Counted from the first letter of the stretch, positions 9,697-19,329 are shown. The stretch: 64,000 bases of DNA from a virus (IMGVR_UViG_3300028805_000037:236446-300445), one strand, 5' to 3'. Program-made: numbers and translations. Notes: generated by a model from the sequence alone, not told the origin.

Positions 9697-10407
9697 ATGA
9701 AATTTACACAAGAACAAATTGATGAAATTAATCAAAAAGCAGAAGAATCATTAAAATTTAGAATAGAGATTAATGATAATTTGAATCAGCAAAAATCACA
9801 ATATAAAAGAGTATTTTTATCACATTTTACTCAAGGTTTAGATAAAAAATCACAAGAATATAAAGAACAAGTTAAAAAATGTAGTAATATATTTAATATG
9901 ATACATCGTGCATATTATTATGATAAAGATTTTAAAGATGCTAATAAAACATATAAAGATGTATTATTACATTTATTAGAACAAGTTCAGATATTAGTAA
10001 TGTGGATGAGAACATTAAAACTTGATAGTCATTTACAAGATACATTAGATAAATTAAATATGTCAATACAAACCCCAGAATTACATTTAAATGAACAAGA
10101 TGTAGATACATTAAATAAAGTATTTGAAGCAATGAAAACTACACAAGCAAAAATATGTGAAAACTCTGATATGATAACAATACAAAAATTTAATGAATTG
10201 CCATTTGATGTTAAATTTAATAATATGGATAATCGTAGTGGAATGAAATCATCAAAATTTAATAATTTAACTACATTATTGTATAAGAAAATGAAGAATA
10301 AAGACAAGGCTGTTGAGTCTGTAAATAAATTAATAGATCAAATTAATATAAATAATGAAAGTAATGATAATTATTTAAATAGTGCATTTACAATTACTAA
10401 GGAGTAA
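9697..10407 (+). CDS. Hypothetical helical protein
   Basis: ORF track; AAGGAG SD. Confidence 0.65.
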   Translation: MKFTQEQIDEINQKAEESLKFRIEINDNLNQQKSQYKRVFLSHFTQGLDKKSQEYKEQVKKCSNIFNMIHRAYYYDKDFKDANKTYKDVLLHLLEQVQILVMWMRTLKLDSHLQDTLDKLNMSIQTPELHLNEQDVDTLNKVFEAMKTTQAKICENSDMITIQKFNELPFDVKFNNMDNRSGMKSSKFNNLTTLLYKKMKNKDKAVESVNKLIDQININNESNDNYLNSAFTITKE

Positions 10408-10411
10408 TTAA

Positions 10412-10906
10412 ATGGATAAAAAAGAATATCAAAAGATATATAGATTAAAAAATAAAGATAAAATTAAAGAGTACCAAAAAATATATAGATTAAAAAATAA
10501 AGACAAAGTTAAAAAATGGAGAGAAAGATATTATTTGAAAAACAAAGATAAAATTAAAGAATATCATAATAAATACAATAAAGAATATTTTAAAAATAAT
10601 AAAAATAATAAAAATAAATTGAAATATTCTGTATATAAAAGTAGATATAAAACAAAAGAAAGTTATAATAATTTTTTAAAATATCAAAGAAATTATTATA
10701 ATATTACTAAACAATTAAAAGAAAAATACAAAATTAATAAGAATTATAATGTAAAAACAGTTTTAATATCAAATGATAATACATTTAAAGGTTTATTTGA
10801 TAAACAAGGTTATGAATGTGGAAAACAATATTTAGATCAAATTTTTACTAAAAAACAAATTGAACTTTTATTACAAGGTTTAATTGATTATTTACTAGTT
10901 GTTTAA
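10412..10906 (+). CDS. Lys/Tyr-rich helical repeat protein (resembles homing-endonuclease DNA-binding linker, no nuclease domain)
   Basis: Tandem KEYQKIYRLKNKDK repeats. Confidence 0.6.
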   Translation: MDKKEYQKIYRLKNKDKIKEYQKIYRLKNKDKVKKWRERYYLKNKDKIKEYHNKYNKEYFKNNKNNKNKLKYSVYKSRYKTKESYNNFLKYQRNYYNITKQLKEKYKINKNYNVKTVLISNDNTFKGLFDKQGYECGKQYLDQIFTKKQIELLLQGLIDYLLVV

Positions 10907-10963
10907 AATTTTTATCTTAATTTAAAACACAAATTATTTACAAAAATATAGATATAAATTAAA

Positions 10964-11221
10964 ATGAATATATTTAATGATGAATTAGAAAAATTAAAGA
11001 AATTAAAAGAACAATTAATTAGATTAGATACGAGATTATTTGCTTGTGGTCTTTTTGATAATGGTAGTGATCGTATTGAAGCAGAAATAGATATACATTT
11101 AAAATATGAAGAATTAATTAAATTTGCTAAAGAATTGATACAAAAATATAAAGGCAATGAAAATAAAATTAAAAACATAAAAGATATTTTAAAAGGTGTT
11201 AAATTAAAGGAGGAATTATGA
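10964..11221 (+). CDS. Hypothetical protein
   Basis: ORF track. Confidence 0.55.
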   Translation: MNIFNDELEKLKKLKEQLIRLDTRLFACGLFDNGSDRIEAEIDIHLKYEELIKFAKELIQKYKGNENKIKNIKDILKGVKLKEEL

Positions 11222-11553
11222 ACGTAGGACAATTAAAAGCTTTTATTGAAAAACTTAATGATGATATGGAAATTGTTATTGAAGGTGAATATAATAGAGG
11301 TGTACCTGTTTGTGAATTAAAAGTTGATAAAAGAGTATGGGATGATAATTATTATAGTAGAGATGAAAAAAGAATAGCAGAAAAATGTTTAATTATAACT
11401 ATTGATGAATATCTTGCCGAATCTGAAGATATTGGAGATAAAGAATTATTTCTTACAACAAGTGAATATAATGATATATATAATCAAAATGTTAATGAAA
11501 TAGATGATGAAGATGAACTTCAAGAATATGATGAGGACAATCAAGATGAATAA
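11218..11553 (+). CDS. Hypothetical acidic protein
   Basis: GGAGG SD; MNVGQLKAFIEKL..DMEI phage-type N-terminus. Confidence 0.65.
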   Translation: MNVGQLKAFIEKLNDDMEIVIEGEYNRGVPVCELKVDKRVWDDNYYSRDEKRIAEKCLIITIDEYLAESEDIGDKELFLTTSEYNDIYNQNVNEIDDEDELQEYDEDNQDE

Positions 11554-11935
11554 ATTACCTATAATTAAATCACAACAAGATATTGATAATATTGATTTTT
11601 CTTTATATAATGATGAAGATATAAAGAAAATAAAAAGAAGAATATATTATTTTAAAAATAAAAATAAAATTAGTAATTATATGAAGAATTATTATAAAAA
11701 TAATTCAGAATATTTTAAAAAGAATGCTAAAGAACATTATAAAATAAATAAATTAAATGAAAATTATATAAATAATATAAAAAAATATAGAATAAAAAAT
11801 AAAGATAAATATAAAGAATATTATAAGAAGTATAATGAAGCACATAAAGAAAAAATACAAATGTATTATAAAGATTATTATCAAAAAAATAAAATAAAGT
11901 ATAAAGAAAGATATTCAAAAAAGAATAAAATCTAA
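11546..11935 (+). CDS. Lys/Tyr-rich helical repeat protein
   Basis: Start reassigned to ATG 11546 (GAGG upstream); YY.KNK repeats. Confidence 0.55.
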   Translation: MNKLPIIKSQQDIDNIDFSLYNDEDIKKIKRRIYYFKNKNKISNYMKNYYKNNSEYFKKNAKEHYKINKLNENYINNIKKYRIKNKDKYKEYYKKYNEAHKEKIQMYYKDYYQKNKIKYKERYSKKNKI

Positions 11936-11940
11936 AATTT

Positions 11941-11996
11941 AAATACCTCGAAAAAGTTAAAATTTAAATTTAAAAAAAGATAATTTCGAGGTATTT
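11941..11996 (+). promoter_or_regulatory. Late-promoter-like motif inside an RBS-sequestering hairpin
   Basis: AAATACCTCGAAA / TTTCGAGGTATTT 13-bp inverted repeat around AATTTAAATTTAAAA (11961-11975); the 3' arm holds the SD GAGGT. Confidence 0.7.
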
Positions 11997-11999
11997 ATT

Positions 12000-14219
12000 A
12001 TGTTTAAAAAGACAGCTAAACTTGAATTTAAGAAGATATATGCCTCTGATAATAATGGTAATTATTATTGGAGAGATTTTGTTAAACAAGCCAATACTCA
12101 ACTAGCCACTGATTCTAATTTTGTACCTAAAAATTTCTATGAATACAATACAGATAAATTCCTTTATTTGACTGCGAGAGCAATTTCTTCATTAGAATCT
12201 TGGGGACCTAATGGAAATTTTGATGCATTTCCTTGGGAAGAATTAAAGAAATCATATCCTACTTTTTGTGGTAAAGGTTTTTATATTGAACATAAAGAAG
12301 ATGATGAAAATGATGCAAAAGGTATAATATTAGATGCACAACCAGATGAAGACAATGAATTTATTAATTGTATATGTGCAATATCTAAAGAAGAATACCC
12401 TGAAATATGTGATGATATATTAAATGGAAGATTAAATCAAGTATCAATGTCATGCTTGGCTTCTTCCTGTGAATGTAGTAGGTGCCATAATGTAGCTACT
12501 AAAGAAGAAGAACTTTGTGAACACATGAACCCAGAACATCCTCATTTTTGCAAAGGTTCACTTGATGAAAATAATAAACCTATATATGAAATCAATAGAG
12601 ATATAGTATTTACTGGTTTATCTGGTGTTGCAATCCCAGCAGATAAAGATGCTTTTATATTTGATATTAAAGCAAGTAAAAAACAAAGAACTACAATAGA
12701 TAAAGAATATAATAAATATTTAAGAGCTAAAAAAGAATATGAATATATTAATTCTTTATTAGAAAAAGAAGATATACGTAAATATATAGAATCTCAATTG
12801 AAGAAAGCATTTGAAGATATTAAAGGTAAATCTTGGGAAGATGTATTAAATAAAATATCTGAATTAGGTTATGAATTTGATGAACATTATTATGATGAAC
12901 CATATAAATTTATTACAGTATTAAAAGATAATAAAGAATATAAAATAAAATTATTTGGTTATAATAATGGTTCATATGAAGTAATTAGTATTGTAGATAC
13001 AGGTAAAACATATAAAGATTTAGATGATTTTTTACTTAATTCTAGTTTAAAGAAAAAAGCTGGTAAATTTAATCTTTCAAAAGAAACTATAAAAGGAATG
13101 GTGATAGATGCCTTAGATTTATTAAAATCAGAACACACAATGTATAATAAGCAATTTAATACAGACGATGAAGTATTAAAAGTACAACTTGAACAGAGAG
13201 ATAAGGAACACGAATTTTTTAAAAAATGGAGAGGATATGATTATGGTAATTTTGTAAATAGACATAATGATACTTTTCATAAATTATATACAAATCAAAT
13301 TTCTATTGAGCAAGCTGTTGAACAAGTAAAAGCACTTGAAGATCAAATTCATAATTATGATTCACTTAATCCACATAAAAAAGCTAATCTTAAAAAGAAA
13401 GCAGATATAGAATACTTTTCAGATAAAGTTCAAGAAATTCCAGAAATTGATTTTTATACAGAATTTATGAATGCTGGTAAATCTAAAGGTAATTCAGAAG
13501 AAATAAATAAAGAACAATTAGAAATGGGTAAAAAAGTTGAGATGGAACATACTACAAATCCTATTATAGCAGAAAAGATAGCTATGGATCATATTAAAGA
13601 AATACCTAATTATTACAATTTACTTGCAGAAATGGAAGCTTCAGCTAAAGCAAACTATGAAGTTGCTAAGCAAGAAATAAATAAAGAAATCAATGAAGAA
13701 TATCCTACAAAACAAGCATCTAAACAATTCTTTAAAATTAAAAAAGCAAGTTGGGAAGTTAAAAAAGATAAAGATAATAAGTATCATATTTTAACTCCTG
13801 ATGGAAAATATAAAAATAGTAAAGGTGAAATATATAAATTTGATACTGAAAAAGATGCACTTGAAGAAATGGAATATTTAAAAGCTGAACATAAATATGA
13901 AAATAAAAAACAAGCATCTAAACAATTCTTTAAAATTAAAAAAGTATCTAAGAAATGGTTTAAAATAGCTAGTGTTTATGATGATCCTGAAGATAGAAAC
14001 GAAATAGATGAATATGGTTTAAATCAATTAGAAAGAGAAACTCTTGCTGATGTTGTATGGAATATAAATAGAGTTAATGAAGAATCATATATAACTTGGG
14101 AAGAATTAATTGAAAGTATACCTACTGATATAATATCTTATGATTTTATGAATAAAAATAAAGATAAAATAATAGAATTTATTCAAAATGAATTGGAACA
14201 AGATATAGAAGTATATTAA
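12000..14219 (+). CDS. Prohead maturation protease with appended cargo modules (including a DUF5661-like domain)
   Basis: N-terminal RAIS..NGNFDAFP, YIEH...KGIILDA, VSMSC..CECSRC, YEIN...SGVAIPAD; later GKKVEMEHT...IAMDHIKEIPNYY; located at the start of the head module. Confidence 0.7.
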   Translation: MFKKTAKLEFKKIYASDNNGNYYWRDFVKQANTQLATDSNFVPKNFYEYNTDKFLYLTARAISSLESWGPNGNFDAFPWEELKKSYPTFCGKGFYIEHKEDDENDAKGIILDAQPDEDNEFINCICAISKEEYPEICDDILNGRLNQVSMSCLASSCECSRCHNVATKEEELCEHMNPEHPHFCKGSLDENNKPIYEINRDIVFTGLSGVAIPADKDAFIFDIKASKKQRTTIDKEYNKYLRAKKEYEYINSLLEKEDIRKYIESQLKKAFEDIKGKSWEDVLNKISELGYEFDEHYYDEPYKFITVLKDNKEYKIKLFGYNNGSYEVISIVDTGKTYKDLDDFLLNSSLKKKAGKFNLSKETIKGMVIDALDLLKSEHTMYNKQFNTDDEVLKVQLEQRDKEHEFFKKWRGYDYGNFVNRHNDTFHKLYTNQISIEQAVEQVKALEDQIHNYDSLNPHKKANLKKKADIEYFSDKVQEIPEIDFYTEFMNAGKSKGNSEEINKEQLEMGKKVEMEHTTNPIIAEKIAMDHIKEIPNYYNLLAEMEASAKANYEVAKQEINKEINEEYPTKQASKQFFKIKKASWEVKKDKDNKYHILTPDGKYKNSKGEIYKFDTEKDALEEMEYLKAEHKYENKKQASKQFFKIKKVSKKWFKIASVYDDPEDRNEIDEYGLNQLERETLADVVWNINRVNEESYITWEELIESIPTDIISYDFMNKNKDKIIEFIQNELEQDIEVY
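13709..13944 (+). repeat. 38-bp exact direct repeat (13709-13746, 13907-13944) encoding KQASKQFFKIKK
   Basis: AAAACAAGCATCTAAACAATTCTTTAAAATTAAAAAAG occurs twice. Confidence 0.9.
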
Positions 14220-14242
14220 TATATATAAAAGGAGTAATAAAA

Positions 14243-14521
14243 ATGGCACCACATCAAGAGAAGAAAAATAATATTACTAGTTACTTTGATTTAAAATCAT
14301 TAATAACTATATTAGGAATCATAGGTTTTGGTTTATTTTGGATCTTTACTATAAATGGAATACCTTCAAGAGTAACAACATTAGAAACAAAGGTCGAAAT
14401 GTTAGAAAGAAGTATAATTAAAAATGAAACACAAACTGAACTTATATTAAATGCTATATATGAAATTCGTAATAATATACAAAATATAACATTACAAGTA
14501 AATAATAAAAAAGGTAAGTAA
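14243..14521 (+). CDS. Single-TM plus coiled-coil protein (holin/XhlA-like?)
   Basis: LITILGIIGFGLFWIFTI followed by a heptad region. Confidence 0.5.
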   Translation: MAPHQEKKNNITSYFDLKSLITILGIIGFGLFWIFTINGIPSRVTTLETKVEMLERSIIKNETQTELILNAIYEIRNNIQNITLQVNNKKGK

Positions 14522-14523
14522 TA

Positions 14524-14946
14524 ATGAGTAAATTTTTTAAAATTAAAAAAGCATCTGAAAATGAAATATATACATCATTAAGTAATAAACAAGTTTCTAT
14601 TACTAGTGATATATTAAAACAATATGTAAGAAAAGATGATGATCCAATTGATGGACTTATTGATTTTACACCAAATGATGAATCATATATAAAATGGACA
14701 ATAAGAGTAGTTAACACTGGTATTGGTCAAGCTAGATTAGAAGTTAAAGTTTTAGACATACAAATTAAAGGTAATATAGAATATGAAATAGAAAATAGTT
14801 ATGAACCAATTATTATAGAAAATATTGTATTACCTATAAATGAAATAAATGTTGATATAAACTTTAGTACAAATTTAATAGCTGTAGATTATATTGATTA
14901 TAATGAAAATGGTAATATAAATGTAAATTTTTCAAGTTTAACCTGA
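14524..14946 (+). CDS. Leader-bearing putative head protein
   Basis: N-terminus MSKFFKIKKASE; the last codons probably derive from the IS insertion. Confidence 0.65.
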   Translation: MSKFFKIKKASENEIYTSLSNKQVSITSDILKQYVRKDDDPIDGLIDFTPNDESYIKWTIRVVNTGIGQARLEVKVLDIQIKGNIEYEIENSYEPIIIENIVLPINEINVDINFSTNLIAVDYIDYNENGNINVNFSSLT

Positions 14947-14992
14947 AAACAAAAGAAATCTCTTTCCTTTAGGGAAGAGATGAAATTTGTAC

Positions 14993-15021
14993 TTGACATA
15001 AACAATAAAATAAGTTATAAT
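14993..15021 (+). promoter_or_regulatory. Sigma70-type promoter of the IS
   Basis: TTGACA-17 bp-TATAAT. Confidence 0.8.
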
Positions 15022-15049
15022 ATGGTATATCAAAAAAGGATATACTATA

Positions 15050-15184
15050 ATGTATAAAGTAGATAAGAACAGAGGTTCGGTAAGTAGTATAATATATCAT
15101 CTAATTGTTTGTGTAAAATATAGACAAAAAGTATTCAGAAATGTTACAGTTGATATATTGAAGGAATATATTGAAAATCAATGA
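15050..15184 (+). pseudogene. tnpA: Truncated IS200 Y1 transposase (44 aa)
   Basis: MYKVDKNRGSVSSIIYHLIVCVKYRQKVF matches the TnpA N-terminus; stops before the HUH motif and overlaps the tnpB start (ATGA). Confidence 0.75.
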
Positions 15185-16335
15185 TACAAAATAAAGCATA
15201 TAAATTTAGATTATATCCAAATAAACAACAACAAGAACAAATAGATAAAACTATTGGTTGTTGTAGATTTTTATATAACATCATGCTCTCAGATAAGATA
15301 GATTGTTATCAAGAGAATAAAACAATGCTATATAATACTCCGGCTATGTATAAAGACTTTTATTATTTTCTTAAAGAAATAGATAGTTTAGCATTAGCAA
15401 ATGTACAGTTAAACTTAGAAAGAGCATATAAGAATTTCTTTAAGAATATAAAAGTAGGATTTCCTAAATTTAAAAACAAACATAAATCTAAATGGTGCTA
15501 TACTACAAACAATTTAGGACAAATTCAAATTGAGAATAATAAAATAACATTGCCTAAATTAAAAGAAGTTAAAATTGTACAACATAGACAAATAAAAGGT
15601 GTAATTAAATCTTGTACAATAACAAAAACAAGAACAAATAAATATTATATATCAATATTGTGTGAATACGAAAACCAAGTTGAACCAATATTGATAAATA
15701 TGCAAAAGTCTAAAATGGTCGGTTTAGACTATTCAAGTTCACATTTCTTCGTTTCTTCTGATGGTGAAATTGCAGATTATCCAAAATTTTTTAGAAATAG
15801 TGAAAAGAAATTAGCCAAAGAACAAAGAAAGTTGAGCTTGAAGAAAAATAAAAAGTCAAAAAATTATCAAAAGCAAAAGTTAAAAGTTGCTAAAATCCAT
15901 GAGAAAATTGCTAACCAAAGAAATGACTGGTTACATAAGAAGTCAAGTGAGTTAGTAAATGCTTATGATTGTATCTTTGTTGAAGATATAGATATGAAAT
16001 CAATATCAAGATGTCTAAATTTAGGTAAATCAACAATGGATAATGGATTTGGGTTGTTTAGGAATATGATAGAGTACAAAGTTAAAGAACAAGGGAAATG
16101 TTATATGAAAATAGACAGATTTTCTCCTACAACCAAGTTATGCCATGTATGTGGATATAAATATGAAGATATAAAATTATCAGTTAGGGATTGGACTTGT
16201 CCTATTTGCAAGACATATCATAACAGAGATATAAATGCGGCTCAAAATATATTAGCTTTTGGTAGAGAAATATTATTTAGAGGTAGGAACTGCCTTGATA
16301 GCTCTGTAGTATATTCTGGTAGTAAACAGAATTAA
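15181..16335 (+). CDS. tnpB: RNA-guided endonuclease TnpB
   Basis: KAYKFRLYP HTH, RuvC GLD / VED / RDINAAQN, zinc finger CHVC..CPIC. Confidence 0.95.
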   Translation: MIQNKAYKFRLYPNKQQQEQIDKTIGCCRFLYNIMLSDKIDCYQENKTMLYNTPAMYKDFYYFLKEIDSLALANVQLNLERAYKNFFKNIKVGFPKFKNKHKSKWCYTTNNLGQIQIENNKITLPKLKEVKIVQHRQIKGVIKSCTITKTRTNKYYISILCEYENQVEPILINMQKSKMVGLDYSSSHFFVSSDGEIADYPKFFRNSEKKLAKEQRKLSLKKNKKSKNYQKQKLKVAKIHEKIANQRNDWLHKKSSELVNAYDCIFVEDIDMKSISRCLNLGKSTMDNGFGLFRNMIEYKVKEQGKCYMKIDRFSPTTKLCHVCGYKYEDIKLSVRDWTCPICKTYHNRDINAAQNILAFGREILFRGRNCLDSSVVYSGSKQN

Positions 16336-16383
16336 AATGAGAAGCTCTATGCTTTAGCTGAGAGTAGTTCACATGAGTAGGTA

Positions 16384-16412
16384 TTTACATTTTAATAAAA
16401 ATTTATTATAAT
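16384..16412 (+). promoter_or_regulatory. Sigma70-type promoter
   Basis: TTTACA-17 bp-TATAAT; same design as 32281. Confidence 0.65.
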
Positions 16413-16443
16413 ATTTATAAAATAATTTAAAGGAGTAAATAAA

Positions 16444-16692
16444 ATGACTAAATGGACTATTAAGAAACAAGCAGAAGATACTAAATATACAGATGAAGAT
16501 AAGAAAATATATAATGAAACTACTAAATTAATGAAAGAATGTGTTGATATATTAAATACATATATTATACAAAGTAAAGATATGAAATTTGAAGATTATG
16601 TAATAAATGATCAGCAAAGATCATATCGTAAACAAGATTTAGAAACATTGAAACAATTAAAAGATTTTATTAAAAAATATTTTTGGAAATAA
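16444..16692 (+). CDS. Leader-bearing small protein
   Basis: MTKWTIKKQAE N-terminus; AAGGAG SD. Confidence 0.7.
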   Translation: MTKWTIKKQAEDTKYTDEDKKIYNETTKLMKECVDILNTYIIQSKDMKFEDYVINDQQRSYRKQDLETLKQLKDFIKKYFWK

Positions 16693-16708
16693 TTAAGGAG
16701 TAAAAATT

Positions 16709-16912
16709 ATGGCATTTAAAAAATCTGGTAGTCATAAAGATTCAAAAATAGAAGTAATAAAGCCAATAACAAAATTGCAAGCTAGCGAAAGTATAATTAA
16801 GTGTCCTAAATGTAAACAAGTTATAGGTAAAAAATTAGGTAATATATATCAAATATTAGATAAACAATATGTATCTATGAATGGCATTGTTTGTCCAAAA
16901 TGTGGGAGATAA
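16709..16912 (+). CDS. Zinc-ribbon protein
   Basis: CPKC...CPKC. Confidence 0.7.
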   Translation: MAFKKSGSHKDSKIEVIKPITKLQASESIIKCPKCKQVIGKKLGNIYQILDKQYVSMNGIVCPKCGR

Positions 16913-16915
16913 TAA

Positions 16916-17217
16916 ATGACTAAATGGATTGTTAAAAAGCTAATGAAGCTGAAGTTTTAAAAAATTTTACTGATCCTAAATCATCAAAAGCATTAATAAC
17001 TGTATTAGTTAATGGTAATTATATTAAAGATGTTGATTTCGTATTAAATGATTTTGATGCTTATATACAATTACAAGATGTTGATAATCTTATAAACCAA
17101 GATAAAGATATTGATTATATAATAGATTATATTAATAAAATAAATATAAATATTGGATGGTTAGAAAAATTAAGACAAGAAAAAATACAATATGTTAAAG
17201 ATATGTATAGACCATAA
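16916..17217 (+). pseudogene. Leader-bearing gene broken by a -1 frameshift at GTT AAA AAG
   Basis: MTKWIVKK in frame 0 stops at 16960; the -1 frame continues ANEAEVLKNF...MYRP to 17217 (100 aa joined). Confidence 0.65.
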
Positions 17218-17277
17218 TTTAGATCATACACATTCTATAATATTAGATAAAATTAAAAATAAAGGAGAGTAAATAAA

Positions 17278-17589
17278 ATGACTAAATAGGTAATAAAGAA
17301 AAAAGCATTTCTTGGTGATGAATTACCTATGCCTATACCTAATTCAATAGTAGGTTTATTAATTAGGTGTAATAAATATGATGGCAATAGATATACTAAT
17401 ATAGAATTAGCTGGTTATTTTGATAACAATAAAGGTAAAAGATATTATAATGATAAAATATCTAATGAAGAATTACAAAGTTTTAAAAAACAAGTTTTAA
17501 ATGAATTAAAACCATTAGTAGATCAAATTGGAGAAAAATTTGATGAATTAGTTAGAGCAAAAGGTTTTATAACAAAAGATGAAGATTAA
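17278..17589 (+). pseudogene. Leader-bearing gene with in-frame TAG at codon 4 (or leaderless product from ATG 17329)
   Basis: AAGGAG SD then ATG ACT AAA TAG GTA ATA AAG AAA AAA GCA, in frame with ORF 17329..17589; paralogous leaders have TGG here. Confidence 0.65.
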
Positions 17590-17622
17590 ATAAAATTAGT
17601 TGTGAAGATATATAAAAATATC

Positions 17623-17664
17623 AAAAATAGGTTAACTTAAAATCATTTTAGTTAACCTATTTTT
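17623..17664 (+). terminator. Intrinsic terminator
   Basis: AAAAATAGGTTAACT / AGTTAACCTATTTTT. Confidence 0.75.
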
Positions 17665-17670
17665 ATTTTT

Positions 17671-17685
17671 AATTTAAATTTAAAA
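17671..17685 (+). promoter_or_regulatory. Late-promoter-like motif
   Basis: AATTTAAATTTAAAA upstream of the scaffold gene. Confidence 0.65.
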
Positions 17686-17730
17686 ATTGATGCCCACTTT
17701 GGGCTAATTCTATTAAAAGGAGTAATCAAA

Positions 17731-19329
17731 ATGGCAGAAGAATTAAAAAAGAAACTGAAAGCCGAAGAAGAAAATATTGATGAAACAAAGAAAAATGAAG
17801 AAAAGAAAAATGATGAAAAAGATATTAAAACTGAAGCTGAAACAGTTGAAACAAAAGTAGAAGACAAAAAAGATGAAGATACAGATGTAGAGAATACAAT
17901 AGTATTAGATTCTGGTGCAGTTGTAGATGAAAATGAACAACCTGAAGAAACAGAAGATTTAGTAACTATTACGAAAGATGATGGTACTAAAATTTATGTT
18001 GATAAAGTTGAAGCTGAAACTGAAGATGAAAAGAAAGATATTTATGAAGCCATTGTATCAGCAGATGAAGCAGATGATGGTATGGCTGAATCAGTAGAAA
18101 TTGGTGAAGAAATGTCTGATGAAATTAATGAAGGAGCTGATGTTGAAGCACCTGTTGTAGAAGATGAAGAAATTGAAGAGGCTTCTTATATTGGTGCAGC
18201 TTGCAATTCACATAAAGCTTCATTAAATAATTCTTATTTCATATTTAGAACTAAAGCTGGCAAAATATTAGCAGTTAAAGCCGGTAAATTACTTTCTAAA
18301 CAGTTGAAGGCATCTTTACTTAGTAAAATAATTAGAAAGCAAGAGCTTCCTTCTCAAGAGACAGTTGTAAGTAAAATACTTGCTAAAATTGGTACAAGAT
18401 TTTCTGATGTTAAAAGATATGTTAAAAAATTAGCATCTTTGGAAAAAGCAAATATTACTAAAAAAGCTTCTATTACTTTACCTAAAATAGGAGATGAAGT
18501 TGAAATGAATGGCAAAACATTTAAAATTGTAGCTTCTAAGAAAGATGAAGTTATACTTAATAATGGTAAACATCTTAAAGCAGCAGATTTAGCAACATCT
18601 GATACTAAAGATATTGAAGGTGATTCAAAACAGACTGTAGATAAAGATAAACAATTAGAAACATTTTCTATAGATGAAAAAGATATAGAAGATTCTAATT
18701 ATGAATCTACAATGGCTATTGATGGCAAAGAAGCAGATAAAGCTGATGAAGATGATGTTAAAGCAGCAAAATCTAAAGTTAAAAATTTCTATAGTAGATT
18801 ACCTGGTAAATCTGGTGTTGGTGGAGATCCTGATTGGGCACTTAAAGATTTTAATTCATTAAGAAATAAAACAGTTGCTTCTCAAATTAAATCAATAAGA
18901 GAATTAACAAAACAACTCAGAGCAAAACAAGAAGAGATTGAAGCTAAAGAAAAAGAAAATAAAGAACTTCAAGCAAAATTGAATACAATTGAAGAATCTA
19001 AAAAATCAATGGAAAAACATGCTAAAATAACAAAAATATTGAAAGCAATGAACATTGAAGATCCACAACAAAAATTTGTTATGGAAAAGAAATTTGCATC
19101 ATTTAATGACAATCAATTAAATGCAGTATATGAAACATTAACAACAAATGTTGATGCTGAAACAGACTCATATAACGAAAAAATGATAAATGAAGGAATG
19201 AATAAAGAAGCAAGTTTTTCAGCAGAAAGAATACCGGCATTTAATTTAAAAGATGAGCAGATAACAAGTGGTGAAGTTGATTACGTTTCATACTTGGCAG
19301 AAAGAGAAGAAAGAGAATTAAATAAGTAA
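17731..19329 (+). CDS. Capsid scaffolding protein
   Basis: Very acidic, C-terminal coiled coil, many K-x-x-A-S sites, upstream of decoration and MCP genes. Confidence 0.65.
   Translation: MAEELKKKLKAEEENIDETKKNEEKKNDEKDIKTEAETVETKVEDKKDEDTDVENTIVLDSGAVVDENEQPEETEDLVTITKDDGTKIYVDKVEAETEDEKKDIYEAIVSADEADDGMAESVEIGEEMSDEINEGADVEAPVVEDEEIEEASYIGAACNSHKASLNNSYFIFRTKAGKILAVKAGKLLSKQLKASLLSKIIRKQELPSQETVVSKILAKIGTRFSDVKRYVKKLASLEKANITKKASITLPKIGDEVEMNGKTFKIVASKKDEVILNNGKHLKAADLATSDTKDIEGDSKQTVDKDKQLETFSIDEKDIEDSNYESTMAIDGKEADKADEDDVKAAKSKVKNFYSRLPGKSGVGGDPDWALKDFNSLRNKTVASQIKSIRELTKQLRAKQEEIEAKEKENKELQAKLNTIEESKKSMEKHAKITKILKAMNIEDPQQKFVMEKKFASFNDNQLNAVYETLTTNVDAETDSYNEKMINEGMNKEASFSAERIPAFNLKDEQITSGEVDYVSYLAEREERELNK

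Larger units (their letters stand above)
14942..16372 (+). mobile_element. IS200/IS605-family element (truncated tnpA plus intact tnpB)
   Basis: Left-end hairpin ATCTCTTTCCTTTAGGGAAGAGAT; right end GAAGCTC..CTTTAG..GAGTAGTTCAC; left boundary inferred after TTTAA (14937-14941). Confidence 0.8.

Noticed and set aside
9697-10407. T4 DsbA-like dsDNA-binding protein
   Set aside because: Only vague helical resemblance at the N-terminus; not supportable without a profile search
17278-17289. Genome-wide TAG recoding (code 15) suggested by the in-frame TAG
   Set aside because: TAG terminates intact genes at natural ends (6686, 29223, 29835, 40279, 40843, 60022), long ORFs are not fragmented, and paralogous leaders need Trp here, not Gln
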